Positions 14,773 to 26,358 of a stretch of 64,000 nt of DNA are shown in pieces (the first letter of the stretch is position 1; each line of letters begins with the position of its first letter). The position numbers were made by a program, and so were the translations under genes. Location: NCBI GenBank assembly GCA_965637545.1, contig OZ281495.1:21948001-22012000 (forward strand), in the 5' to 3' direction. The stretch is from Phallusia mammillata. Its lineage: Eukaryota. The notes under the pieces were generated by a model. The model ran no database searches and had not been told where the DNA came from. It saw nothing but the letters and a program-made list of their open reading frames with translations.

Positions 14773-17333
14773 CACTACCCCTGTCAGCACAACAGGGAAA
14801 CAAATACAACATTGGAATAAATCTTATCGCACAAGCCACATGCACAAGTTTATTTTAGTTGAGTCGGCCACGTTGCTTTTTATTAAGTCCAGAGCGTTTT
14901 GCATGATTCCTTTCTGCCATGAATATTTGTGTGTTTATTTTTCGTGTGACATTCGACGTTATGTCTATACTGCCATGGCGGCGCTTGCAAAATTCGCTCT
15001 GTAATAAAACACCATCATGTCGTACTTGATTTTTAATCTGATACGAGCACAAAGAGGCATCAGTGCACCGGAGAGTTAGATTAAAGACACGGCATCGTAT
15101 AAGATGTGGACAGGCGATTACATAGTACAGGTTGCCGCAAATTTCCCGATAGGTTCCAGTCTAAACACTGACATATTGGACCTTGTGTGTCTGCGTTAGT
15201 GATCAACAACGATCTGCAGTGTGAAGATCGGATACGACGGACCAGGCCGGAAATTAGTGGCGTTTACGATGTGCCACCGCTTAAAGTCAATTGTCGTAGG
15301 CAACTGGTACAAAGTGTAGCTAATTGTTAAACCACCATTTGATTTTATCGCTTCCATGCCATTTTGGTGCTTGGTGCGCTTTGTAACGACTATTTGGGTT
15401 CGAATTTCTATTTCAGTTCAACACTGCGCAAAAATTCCAATATTTAAAGCAGGCAAACATTAGGTAAAGATATGTTCAGCCCGGGCTCTCGTTTTAACCC
15501 ATATTTGACCACAAACATGTCGCGGTTTGTCGTAATTGGCGGGGTACAAATGCGTCTGTTTATGCCTAATTAACCGTTTCGAATGCTTATCAATCATCAT
15601 AGGTGAAAACGTGATGGGCAACGTGTTTGATAGACGTGCCGTCATCGTTTGACAGCCGGTGAGTTTCTATTTTTAGCCAATGTTGGGTAAGTCTTCGCCG
15701 AATATAGGACGAAGAGCGAAAGGCAACAATCGATTTGCGGTCGTTTCAACAAGGTGCGGGGTCGTTATCGGTTAGCGGACTTGCAATCTTGAGCTAATTT
15801 TCAACCGCAGAAAAGTTTACAATATCGCGCTGGTTTCGTTGTCAAGAAAACAACGAGGTTGTGTCGCAGTCCAGGAAATCGTGAAAACCGGTCAGAACAT
15901 GTTATGATAACAAAAACACCGCGAAGGGCGTTGTTGCCGACCATTAGGGCTACATAAACAGTGTATGGTTGTCCTCTGAGCAATTGCATTTGATTAAAAA
16001 AATTCTAGGCAAGTTACAAGATATTGCATAGCAGGTAAAGACGAGGTCATTCACACGCAGTACATCTCACCCGCCGTGTCAATATTTATGAAAAAACATG
16101 CGCTCGGTGTAAAGGTCGATACACGAAGAATGTTAGATGTTCGGCGGTCTGCAAAGCCAGCGCAGGTATTCCGCAAATACAAGAACTTCAGGTGTAGCTT
16201 AATTTGACCTTTGGGAATTTACCAATAAGCTGATGTGGAAATTGAAAACTGCCAATGATGCCAGTTTTTATTTCCATTTAAATGGTACCAAACACTTCGT
16301 TACAAAAAAGCTCGCCTTAATAAGGAAATATTTCGTGTTTTATTTTACTACATACCGGACAATAAAACGTGCGTGCTCGCTGTTCTTTGATACTTGTGCA
16401 CCAACGTATTTACTACTTTGTGGAATATCACCAGGTTACAAATTCTCCTAAATCGAATCGAATTTATCGGTACAAAGTTATGTGACAGAAAAATAATTGG
16501 AGAAAAAAACGTCGAATGTAGCAACATTCATGCAACAGTTCAAAATTTCGAAAAACGAAATTAAGCAAATATATCCGTTCGCAACGGTATTGCATATTTT
16601 TTCCATCTATGTGCCTGAAAAGATCTTTTTTTCTAAAACGCTAAACTCTTACTCATTAATGTTCACACAAAAGCAACCAAGCAGTCAGTACCTTTTTACT
16701 TTTGTCACTTAACATTTACCAAAACACAATCCAATAAACCATTTCCTTCCTTACTTCCGAAACACCAAAGTAATTCGATTGTGGGACGGAAGAAGCCATA
16801 CATGGTAGACGCTTTGCGTACCTTTTCCAAGTGAGTCAGTTTACTAATGGTGTTAAAGAGGTATTTGTGTAAACTTTGTAAACGTAGGGAGAAAACAATC
16901 TTGCTTTCCAAATACTTTTGGGTTCACTGCCGAGACGTTTGTTCTAAGAAAGATGTATAGACTGTGTTTAAACAAGCTGGTTTTCGTGAAGTCCCTATGG
17001 TGAATCACTATCCGATTGAGTCACAAAAAATACATAACATTTCATTCCTTGTACCGATTTCTCATCGCTAAATTTCCCAATTTTTCTACAAAAAAAACTT
17101 CCATTCTCTCCTTTCGTTCAATCGCTTAAAGTCCACCAGTATACGTCAGGATTTTTAGTTTTTATTAAAACAAAGCACAAAAACAAAATCACAGCAAAAT
17201 GTATACATTTGAAGAGTGGTGCAAATCACAAGGGTTTAAAACTTCAATAATATTCTAAATTGGGATAAAATGTCGTGGTTGACGTTGGGGTGATTTATCA
17301 AAATCATTCTGACGCAAAACGTAAGTAAACTCC

Positions 17334-17339
17334 TTTATT
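17334..17339 (-). terminator. Candidate poly(A) signal of GPB5-like gene
   Basis: AATAAA on the minus strand about 350 nt after the stop codon; no transcript support. Confidence 0.3.
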
Positions 17340-17684
17340 AGCATGAGACTTGCGCCTTGGACGTATTTTCGCCTTCATGCAGTTATAGTTCCTATGATTT
17401 CCGAGGATTGCGAACCCTGAGGCTGCTTGCATAGATTGGGAGTGACAGTCCGACGTCATTTGACGGGCTTATCGTCTCGCTCAGGGCGAGTGGCGAGACA
17501 CTTCGGAACAACACAGAGTTCGGTTTGACGCTTCCAGCGGGAATGTGCAAATGTCAGTGAAACAGTGGGATAGGGCCGCCCTCGCAAGGCTTGCGTGCGT
17601 GCCAGCGCTCGGTGCCGCGAGTTCAAGCGGCCTCGCGATTTGAGGTCTCAGACCACGAAGCAGATGTAACTGTGGTGGCATTCC

Positions 17685-18401
17685 TCACTGCAGATTCCGG
17701 CAGGCCATGCGGCTTGACGAACAAGGTGCGCATGTGCAGGATTCTGGATAGGTGATGTTGTAGTAGGGATTCACATTGGGCGCACAACCTTTGAATCGTA
17801 GTTTTCGGGTGACTGCCTTAAGCGGGCTGCAGACAGTGTGATTGTACTCACTGTGGCGTGGAGATACGTCGGGAATCTGAAAGGAAACAAAATCCGTTAA
17901 TTGAATGAAGACAGAAGAGAAGAGTATTTTCATAAAAGCACAATTTACACAATTTTTTTAATGTTGAACAATTTAGAATTTTGCACACACCTCCCAAGTC
18001 TCACATGCTCCGGCGCACAATTTGACCCGGATCTTCGAAGGAAAACATCCCTGCCTCGAAACTTTCATAATACCATGGCTGATATTGCATGATGCGCAAG
18101 CAGAATGTGCAACTCCTTTTCGTCCAGCGGAGCGCACGAGTCTTTTCAGGATGGATGTCTTCACAACTGGGACGTCTTGCACTTCAAGAAAAGTTGAGGT
18201 ACTGCGCTTGTTGACCTCAATCAACTTGGATGCAAATCCAGCAAGTTCGCTTCCACTCGCTGCTCGCTCTTCGGCCGTTGCTATGGTGCATTGGCTGAAG
18301 AACATCACGATACTGAGGTAGATGAATAGACTCAACATGGTCTTTGCTCCAATGACTTTGCCACTGACTGACGAGTTCTGCTTCTTCATGATTATTTCCA
18401 T
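17685..18401 (-). CDS. GPHB5: Glycoprotein hormone beta-5 (thyrostimulin beta)-like subunit with N-terminal pro-region, 2 exons
   Basis: Exon 1 ends at 17991 (..CAGACETWE|gtgtgt); exon 2 is 17876-17685 (tttcag|IPDVSP..HTVC..GCAPNVNPYY..SCTCAPC..C). CETWE motif and Cys spacing match GPB5. Start uncertain: ATG 18401 (first after the TATA box, 200 aa), 18389, or 18338 (MLSLFIYLSIVMFF signal, 179 aa). Confidence 0.9.
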
Positions 18402-18506
18402 TTTGTGAACCTTTTGTAGTGCGTATTGCAACTTTTTTGAGATCAGCTATATGATGCGTCTGCTGCTCAGGCTGAATTAGGATGGCTCAACTACTTGCTG
18501 CGCGCC

Positions 18507-18514
18507 TTTATATA
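18507..18514 (-). promoter_or_regulatory. TATA box of GPB5-like gene
   Basis: TATATAAA on the minus strand about 105 nt upstream of ATG 18401, in CpG-rich context, with a GATA motif (plus GATAAG, 18551-18556) further upstream. Confidence 0.55.
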
Positions 18515-19512
18515 GGCTCTTCTGGTTCGGCTCGGGCGCTACGGGCCAATGATAAGATATGCGGGCGCGCTCATCGCCGTAAATAAATAAATCAACGAAG
18601 GATCCCGAAGCTGCTCCTATACGCCGCAATAATCTGGCATTTACATATTCAAGAAAAACTCGGAGCATAAATCATTTATACCACGCAATATTGCGACCAG
18701 CGCAGCCTTCTTTAATTCAACCCGGGGTGACCGTTGGCCTTTTTCCGTGCATCTCGCTGTTGACGCACGCCTCAGGTTGCCGTGACGTTTCACGCAATGC
18801 GTAAGTATCGATTGAGCACAGACCGTAAAGCTTTTAGCTGAACGTAACACCATTAGTGCCAACAACCTTGCTAAGCTGCGTTTCCTTTCTCAAGTTACAA
18901 ATGACGTAAAGATTTCATCTATCGTGGTTCCACTTATGTTAGGTTCTACTCGGTTAGTAATAGCCGTGTCACAAGGTAATTACTAATACTCCATTCCAGT
19001 ACTTAACATACCTGTCAGGTTAGTTTTCGCAGTAATTGCTTGTCACCAATCTTGATCAATAGACCACCAAATCTAAAACGAGAAGCGATTAGCAATATGA
19101 TTTATCATTGTTGTCTGAATTTGTTAAAGCCTCATTATTGTATCTTGTCGCAAAATATTATGGTTAAAGTTCTCACTAGAAATAAAATAACACACATTCG
19201 GTGTGATTAATGTGACATTACGAGACTTAAACTTATAAACACTGAAAAATGACTAAACACTGAAAAAAAACACATCTTGGATTAAGTAGGTATAGATTGG
19301 TTGGAGCCGTATAAAAATTAACACATCGCTCAGACTTTTTACCCCGAGGTTTTGTGTCATATCCTTTTGCTGCTTTCGTGTACATTATTTATAAGATACT
19401 TATTTGCGCCATATGTGCATTTTATTTGAATTTTTGGGTCGAGAAAAAACAAAGTTTTTTACGCCGTTCGAACCCAAGGAGCGGAATGCACTTGGCCGAA
19501 TGGTCCAAGGCG

Positions 19513-19582
19513 CCACATACAGATACGAAAAAGAAAAGTCAAGTGGACTCACATACAGACACGAAAAGAAAAGTCAAGTGGA
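19513..19582. repeat. Tandem duplication of a ~35-bp unit
   Basis: cacatacagatacgaaaaagaaaagtcaagtgga followed by cacatacagacacgaaaagaaaagtcaagtgga. Confidence 0.75.
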
Positions 19583-20021
19583 AATTTTCGCTGATTTTGA
19601 TCCTCAGCGGCATCTTGTGATAACTAAACAATACGAAACCGACATTGGCTGCCAAACTCGTAACAACGAAAACTCGTACACTAACATGCTTTTTACCCTC
19701 TAAAAACGATATAAAAAACATTAGTGATTTAAACGAAGTGAAAAAAAACACATGGTCCTAATTAAACCGGCGGAAATACGTTTTATTTTCAGTTTATCTA
19801 ATCTTGCGTTTAGTGACCATGCGACATAACGTAGAGCATTTGAACTGAATCTTTTTCTGTGCACCCGTGGTTTTCCGGTCACGGAGGATCCAGTTTGGGT
19901 CCATTTAACCACAGGTCCTCCTTAACCCTCCGTAATTACGTTTGAAGCATTCCGGGTTCTGTGGTCCAACGTCGGGCCTGATCTGTTAGCGCTTTTACCA
20001 CAGCTCTCTTTTGGTGCAGAG

Positions 20022-20432
20022 CAGAGGTCACCCACCTACGGCCGGCGGGCCGAATCCGGCCCTCGAAGTCATTTCATCCAGGCCGCGACCACATTTTTTG
20101 GTTTGTCAAATCGTATTGATAACTTGGTAACATTCAAAAAATATTCTGCTCCTTACGAATGTTTCCGTTCCGTGCGCATAAATTGCCTTCTTTCGTTACT
20201 TGTGACATAATATACAAGCATTCCTCGTAAGATGAGACTAACTATACAATTTACCAGTCGCATTGCCAGATTTTAAATGAGATTATATAAAGACCATGTC
20301 TTGGCGGCACTATAAAAATCGCCTCGCGGGCTAAGTTTGGAAAGACGGCGCTAAGGCCTAAAAACTATGCGACAAGGGCGAATCATTATTAAACTTATCC
20401 GGCCCGCAGTGAAAATAGTTTGGTGACCCCTG
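20022..20432. mobile_element. Non-autonomous hAT (Charlie-like) MITE
   Basis: TIRs cagaggtcacccacct / reverse complement caggggtcaccaaact; subterminal cggcccg motifs; 8-bp TSD gtgcagag (20014-20021) / gtgtagag (20433-20440). Confidence 0.8.
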
Positions 20433-20679
20433 GTGTAGAGAATGGTGAGATGTAAAATTCAAGTAGCGCCTGGTGCTCGTTGGTTTGTGACACCCGCGTG
20501 GAAAGTTTTCCGTCTGTCGCTATTATAATTTCTACATCCAGCAGGGGAAGCCGGTTGTTAGTTTGCAATGCCATGATGAATAGGAGGGATTACACCATTC
20601 ACCACGGAATTGCAAACTAAAAAAAATTAAAAAAGTCAACATCCTACGTCAGATGCTGTCGCATCCCAAAGACTACATT

Positions 20680-20960
20680 GATGTGCAATGCCATTACATC
20701 GACGAAACGGGGAGGTATTTGAATACGCGCCGAAAAGATCATGAAAGGGATGTAGCCAAGAAAGATGCAAAAAATTGGCATGAGCAAAACATGCTACTGT
20801 CCATAATCACACCATTATTTTTTCTGCTGCCAAGGTGTTAGCCAGAGATACCGACTTTCACAAGCGAGGTTAGTCGTGGAACATACATTCTCACAACAAC
20901 ACGCTGAACGTTTTACCCTACCCTAATGAAGGTGTCTCCAATGGGACATCGAAACGTAAT
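20680..20960 (+). mobile_element. Penelope-like retroelement remnant (GIY-YIG endonuclease fragment plus degenerate hammerhead motif)
   Basis: CHYIDETGRYLNTRRKDHERDV resembles YIGETGRxLxTRxxEH; then AKVLARDTDFHKR..SWNIHSHNNTLN; then ctaatgaag-ggtgtctc[caat]gggacatc-gaaacgt at 20923-20957. Confidence 0.7.
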
Positions 20961-21479
20961 AAATAGTGCTGGAAAAGCTAATAATTTGTTGATATGCAAA
21001 TGCAATGCTCGAGTCAGTTTGTGCAACTGCTCGGCCGAGCATCAAAAACAGCGATGCTCGGTACGGAGTACTCGGGTTCTGACCCGACTTGGCCCATCTA
21101 ATTTTTATCAATCTGACCTTTTAATATTTGTGAACCAATCGGACCGTCCTTTTACAAATACGTTTTTTTTAATAAATTAATTTTATTACTGTTCAGGTAA
21201 AATGTTTCTGCCACGGTTTGGGCAGCGTTTCTCAAACTTTTTCAACCCTAGAAGTAGAACCACTTTTTCTTTCATTTGTTTAGCAACATTAAACAGATTT
21301 GCTTAACAGTGCTCTCTATATGGTCCGGGTAGTCTGAATACCGACTTTTGTTTTTTTTATTTTTTTATTTATAAAGGCGAAGCACTACCCGGTGAAAATC
21401 CGACTCATTGGTACATTTAAATACTGGGACACCATCATCATGAGAACACAAAATTATCGTGTTCTAAGACCGTGCTACT

Positions 21480-21860
21480 GTGTCTAACAGATAATCCGGC
21501 CTTCTGTAAGACCAAATCTTCGAATATAGGGAGTGGAGTGACTTTTATTCAGTGATAACCAAACTTGTGTACCATTCAAAGGCAAAGTGTATATGGAAGA
21601 CAAACTACACTACACGCAAAAATGGTAAAATCAGGGCTATCCATCGGCGGAACACCACTGCTTTATTGTTAATACCTCCAAACAAATTATTTTAATACAG
21701 TTTTACAAGTGTATCAAAATATTTTCAAACAAGTAGTTCATTCTACAATTTCTATTTGGAACTATCAGTAATAATTAAGCATAAACCGCACTGCTGGCAA
21801 CAACTATTGAAATAGTTTTGATCTAATTTAAAACAATCAAAAACTTGCCCCAGTTATACT
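21480..21860 (-). mobile_element. Degraded LINE (CR1/L2-like) reverse-transcriptase C-terminal remnant
   Basis: Frameshifted minus-strand segments ..IALILPFL.. and ..LNKSHSTPYIRRFGL.. resemble the LILPxLxY and SHTxPLFxxLxxL motifs downstream of L2/CR1 RT domains. Confidence 0.4.
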
Positions 21861-21982
21861 TTTTACCCGAATGGCCGAAGTCCGATTGAATCAATGCCCA
21901 TGAGAGCGGGATGCATGTTTGGACGTTGCTTACACTCAATTAATCACAAAACTGTGGAACGGCACACATCGTGTTGATAATA

Positions 21983-22063
21983 ATCAAGTTTGTAGAGCTC
22001 TTCTGGCAAATGTAATTTTATTTCCGAAAATTACATTTGCCAGAAGAGCTCCACAAACTTGAT
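21983..22063. repeat. Near-perfect 37-bp-stem hairpin flanked by 14-bp direct repeats
   Basis: Arms 21983-22019 and 22027-22063 (one mismatch, 7-nt loop); atcgtgttgataat at 21968-21981 and 22091-22104. Confidence 0.85.
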
Positions 22064-22257
22064 ATTATGCCTGGCAGCAATAGCTTATATATCGTGTTGA
22101 TAATGTTCGATAAGGCACTTAAATTTCAAGTGAGATGCAAGTCACAACGAATCACGCAGTCTTTTGTTGTCACTTAAACGCTAGTTTTACCAGATATTTT
22201 CATTTCGCTTTAACTGTAAACTGTTTTGGGGGGAACAAATTAAACCAGAATAGAGCT

Positions 22258-22506
22258 TGTTGTGGAACGCAACCGCGCTATTCCCGAGCATGCGGCTCGA
22301 TGCATTCTTGTGTTAATTTAATTGCTATGCGTTGTGTGTGTGTACGTTTGCAATTACTTCGTGAGCCTATAAAAGGCTGTTCACTTACTACGTTTCTATT
22401 CTATTATACTAATTTCGAATGAATACAACCTAAGTTACAACAAGCAAACTGTGCTTATTTGGACTCTGTAAAGAAGCAAGGCGCAAACGTGATTGAAAAC
22501 ATAACA
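22258..22506 (+). repeat. 5' LTR (249 bp)
   Basis: Matches 26359-26646 apart from 6 substitutions and a 39-bp indel; contains TATAAAA and a (GT)n tract. Confidence 0.95.
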
Positions 22507-22513
22507 GAGTTTT

Positions 22514-22531
22514 TGGCGACGAGGATGGGAT
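22514..22531 (+). other. Primer-binding site complementary to the 3' end of tRNA-Ser(GCU)
   Basis: TGGCGACGAGGATGGGAT is the reverse complement of ..AUCCCAUCCUCGUCGCCA, the recalled metazoan tRNA-Ser(GCU) 3' end. Confidence 0.8.
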
Positions 22532-25500
22532 CGCTGAACTGAACGACTTGTCTCAATCTCAACGTTTGTGTCAATATGGAGAAGTTATTGGAGACGATGC
22601 AAAAGCAGATGCAAGAGCAACAACGACGTCATGGAGAGCAACAACGACAGCATGAAGAGCAAATGAATCTTATCCTGTCTGTGTTGGAAAAGTCTTCTGG
22701 TCCCGCCGTTGCCAATTCTTATGTTGCTGCACCTAGCTTTAACCCCTTTGATTCCAGACAGAATTGTGGGACGACTACTGATTTCGCTTCTCAACATTTG
22801 TGAAGGCTCATGCAATATCCGAAGAGGGTTGACCAAGTGGTATTGACGAACCAAACCACTACAACCTACAAGCTGCTGTCCAATTTAGCAGGACAAAGTT
22901 CGCCAGCGAAAGACGTCAACGATCTAACAATGAAGGAGATTGAAGGCTTCATGAAAGATCAATTTGATCCCAAGCGTTTTATTATTTGCGAAAGGATCCA
23001 AGAAGCAGTCTACAAAATCCGCACCGAATGAGAAGCCCAAAGAAGCTGTCCAATGTTATCGCTGTGGCAAAACTGGTCATTTTGCGCCGGTTTGCCGTCA
23101 CAAGAATGCTACGTGTCGATATTGCAATCGCATAGGTCATACTGAAGATGCTTTGCCGTAAGAAGAAGTCCGATGTGGTCAATTCGATGACGAATGTTCA
23201 TTTTCTGAAGTCAATTTCCACTCATTTCCCACTACACAAGTTGGAGGTTGTGGTGTCACTTTTTGCAAATTTTGCGAGTTTGAGCTGGATACAGCAACCA
23301 GTGGAAATTTCTTGTCTGTCCACAATTGGAAGAGAATCGGGTCGCCTAAGCTTCGGGCTCCTGATCGACGTTTTAATTCTGCGACAGAGCACCCAGTGCC
23401 TTTGTTGGGTATGTTTACGACGCCAACTACGTATGGTGGTCGAGTCTTTGATCAAGATTTCTTTGTCACGAAAGTTCCGCTTAAATTTGCTTGGTCGCAA
23501 TGCCATTTGTACTTTGGAGATTTCGGTTGACGACATACTGCATCATTCATCTTCCGAAGATTGTGTGAATTCCGTTGTTACGTCGGGCGACCAACGCTAT
23601 CTGCCTTTACAAGATGCTTGCCGAGGTCTTTGCAACGAGTTTAAAGACATTTTCAAACCTGAACTTGGTTGCTTGAAAGGTTTAGAGCTTGAAGTGAAGT
23701 TTCAAGCGGAGGCTAAACCGGTTTTCTTTAAGCACCGTTCTTTGCCATTTGCGCTACAAGAAGATGTTGCCCGTGAATATGATGCAGGAATTGCCCGAGG
23801 ACTCCAGTGAAGTTCAATGACTGGGGTACACCGGTGGTTCCCGTTCGAAAAGCACCGTTGTCAACTCACAACAGGCCACGACTAAGACTTTGCGGGGATT
23901 TCTCAGCCACGGTAAATCCCCAATTGGCACTCCATCGACATCCACTACCCCTTTCAGATACTTTGATGCAGAAGCTTCGAGTAGGATTTGGTTTCACGAA
24001 AATCGATCTTGCAGATGCGTACAACCAAATACGTTTCGGTCCCGAAAGCCTGAAAAGGTTGGCTTTGAGCACTCACCGAGGTGTCTTGCTGCAAAATGCA
24101 TTACCGTTTGACATCACCTCGGCTCCGGGATACTTTCAACAGATTATGGACGAACTGACGCAAGATCTCCCAGGAGTGTATATCTCGATGATTTACTTGT
24201 CATCGGTTCATCGGCAAAAGATCACTTGAACAATCTTCGTCGATTGCTTCAACGTTTAAGTGAGAAGGAGCTTCGCTGTCGTTTCGAGAAATGCAAGTTT
24301 GTACAACCCACAGTTGAATACTTGGATCATATACTTTATAAAGAAGGCATCAGGAAAGCTTCTAAACTCGATGCTGTGCTCAATATGCCTGCACCGAAAG
24401 ACGTATCGACGTTACGTTCGTTCCTTGGGTCGGTTCAATTTTATAGCAAATTTTTGCCATCAAGTTTTTCTTCCATTGCTGAACCTCTGTATCGTCTGAC
24501 TCGAGACAAAGTTCTTTGGAATTGGAATAACGAAGAATCAAAAGCTTTCCGTCAATTGAAGACATGACTGGCTACTGACAATGTCTTAACTTACTTTGAT
24601 CCCTCTCTTCCTATTGGGATATCTTGTGATGCGTCCAATGTTGGCATTGGTGCCGTACTTTTTCATCGCTATTCGGACGGAAGCGAGAGGCCAATTGTCA
24701 ATGTCTCAAAGTTACTCTCATCCAGTCAGCGCAACTACAGCCAAATCCAAAAAGAGGCTCTTTCAATTATCTTTGCACTGAAGAAGTTTTACCAGTATCT
24801 TTTTGGTCGTGAATTCATTCTTGTCACCGACCACAAGCCATTGTTGGCACTTTCTGGTCCTACCAAGCCAACTCCTCCACTTGCGGCAAATCGGTTAGCA
24901 CGATGGGCGCTTTTCCTTGGTCAGTTTAAATACAAAATCGAGTACAGGAAGACCGCCAGTCACCAGAACGCCGATGCACTCAGCCGTTTACCAGAAGGGG
25001 AAGATCCCTTTTTTGACAAAGAGGAAACTACAGATGATGTCGACACTGTTTGCACCATCACTACGCTAAGTCGTCAAATCCAGCACACATACCCCAACAC
25101 CATGAAGAAGGAATCCGGAAAAGCTGATGTTCTTTCCCGAGTCATGCGTTTTTTCCAACACGGTTGGCCAACAACTCTTTCCTCGAATGATCCAGCTGCA
25201 AAATTTCGCAGGTCTGCTGATTTATTGACAGTTTCTCACGGTGTTTTATGGAACTCGATTGGTTATTCCGCAAAAGCTACGATAACATGTGCTACAACTG
25301 CTATACCAAGGTCACTTTGGCATTCAAAGGATGAAGCAGTTGGCTAGGTCTGCAGTGTACTGTCCGAACCTTGATGACGACATTCTGGTTCTTTGCCGAA
25401 AATGTTCTATATGTCCATCCATGGATGATTCCTGAAAAACCATGGAGTCGTGTTCACATCGACCATGCCGTAAACTTCGTGGGAAGCAATTGGTTGCTCA

Positions 25501-26358
25501 TGATCGACGCCTATTCTAAGTACCCGTGCATTCATGCTACTTCATTGATGACGTCCAAGGCGACTATGAACTTGCTCGAAGAAGACTTCGCACATTTTGG
25601 TTATCCACACACTATTGTCTCGGATAACGCGCAGGCTTTCGTTTCGGCCGAGTTCCAGGATTTCTGCCGGCAGAGGGGTATTGTTAATCTAACGGGTGCG
25701 CCTTATCACCCGTCCACATATGGCTCCGCCGAACGGCTAGTTCAAACGTTCAAGAAGGCAATGAAGAAGTCAGAGAAACCCCCGAAAGAAGCTTTACAGG
25801 AGTTTCTTCTTCAGTACCGAAGAACCCCAAATTCTAGCGGTTTCTCCCCGAACGAGCTGCTCAACGCTCGACAAATTCGATCGCTCATTGACACGATGGT
25901 ACCATCACCTTCACATGTCTTGCAACGCCAGCAACAAAATGCCGTGTCGAAGAACAATAAACCAGTGCGTATTAGTTTCCGAAATGGTGATCCATGTTAC
26001 GCGCAATATTTTGGATCTAGACACGTTGGTTCGAAAAGATGGGTTCCTTCCACTATTGTTAAATGCTGTGGGAGTAGAACATTTAACGTGTATTTCCTCC
26101 AATCTGGAGACGTCACCTTGACCAACTTCGCCTCAGATACCCTAATGAAGACGATGACCCGGGTGAGCCTGAACTCTTATTTCCGTCAGAGCATATTCCG
26201 CTGGTCCCGTCCACTGATATACCAGCATCATCCTCATCTACTACTCCCGATTCCCCGAGGTTTGGTCCCGACAATCCCCGTCGCTCGAAGAGACAACGTC
26301 TACAGCCGAGGAGGTTCGGCTACGGTGTTCAGGGTGAACAATAATTTAAAAGGAGAGG

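Noticed and set aside
18022-18321. 99-aa plus-strand ORF
   Set aside because: Antisense shadow of GPB5 exon 1.
19461-19513. tRNA-like A box (tggccgaatggtccaaggcgc) and gttcgaac
   Set aside because: The B-box-like motif lies upstream of the A box and no cloverleaf forms; not a tRNA gene, at most a SINE scrap.
22507-22511. gagtt follows both LTRs, suggesting longer LTRs
   Set aside because: TG..CA termini, PPT position and the left-flank gagct fit LTR ends at 22506 and 26646; treated as TSD coincidence.
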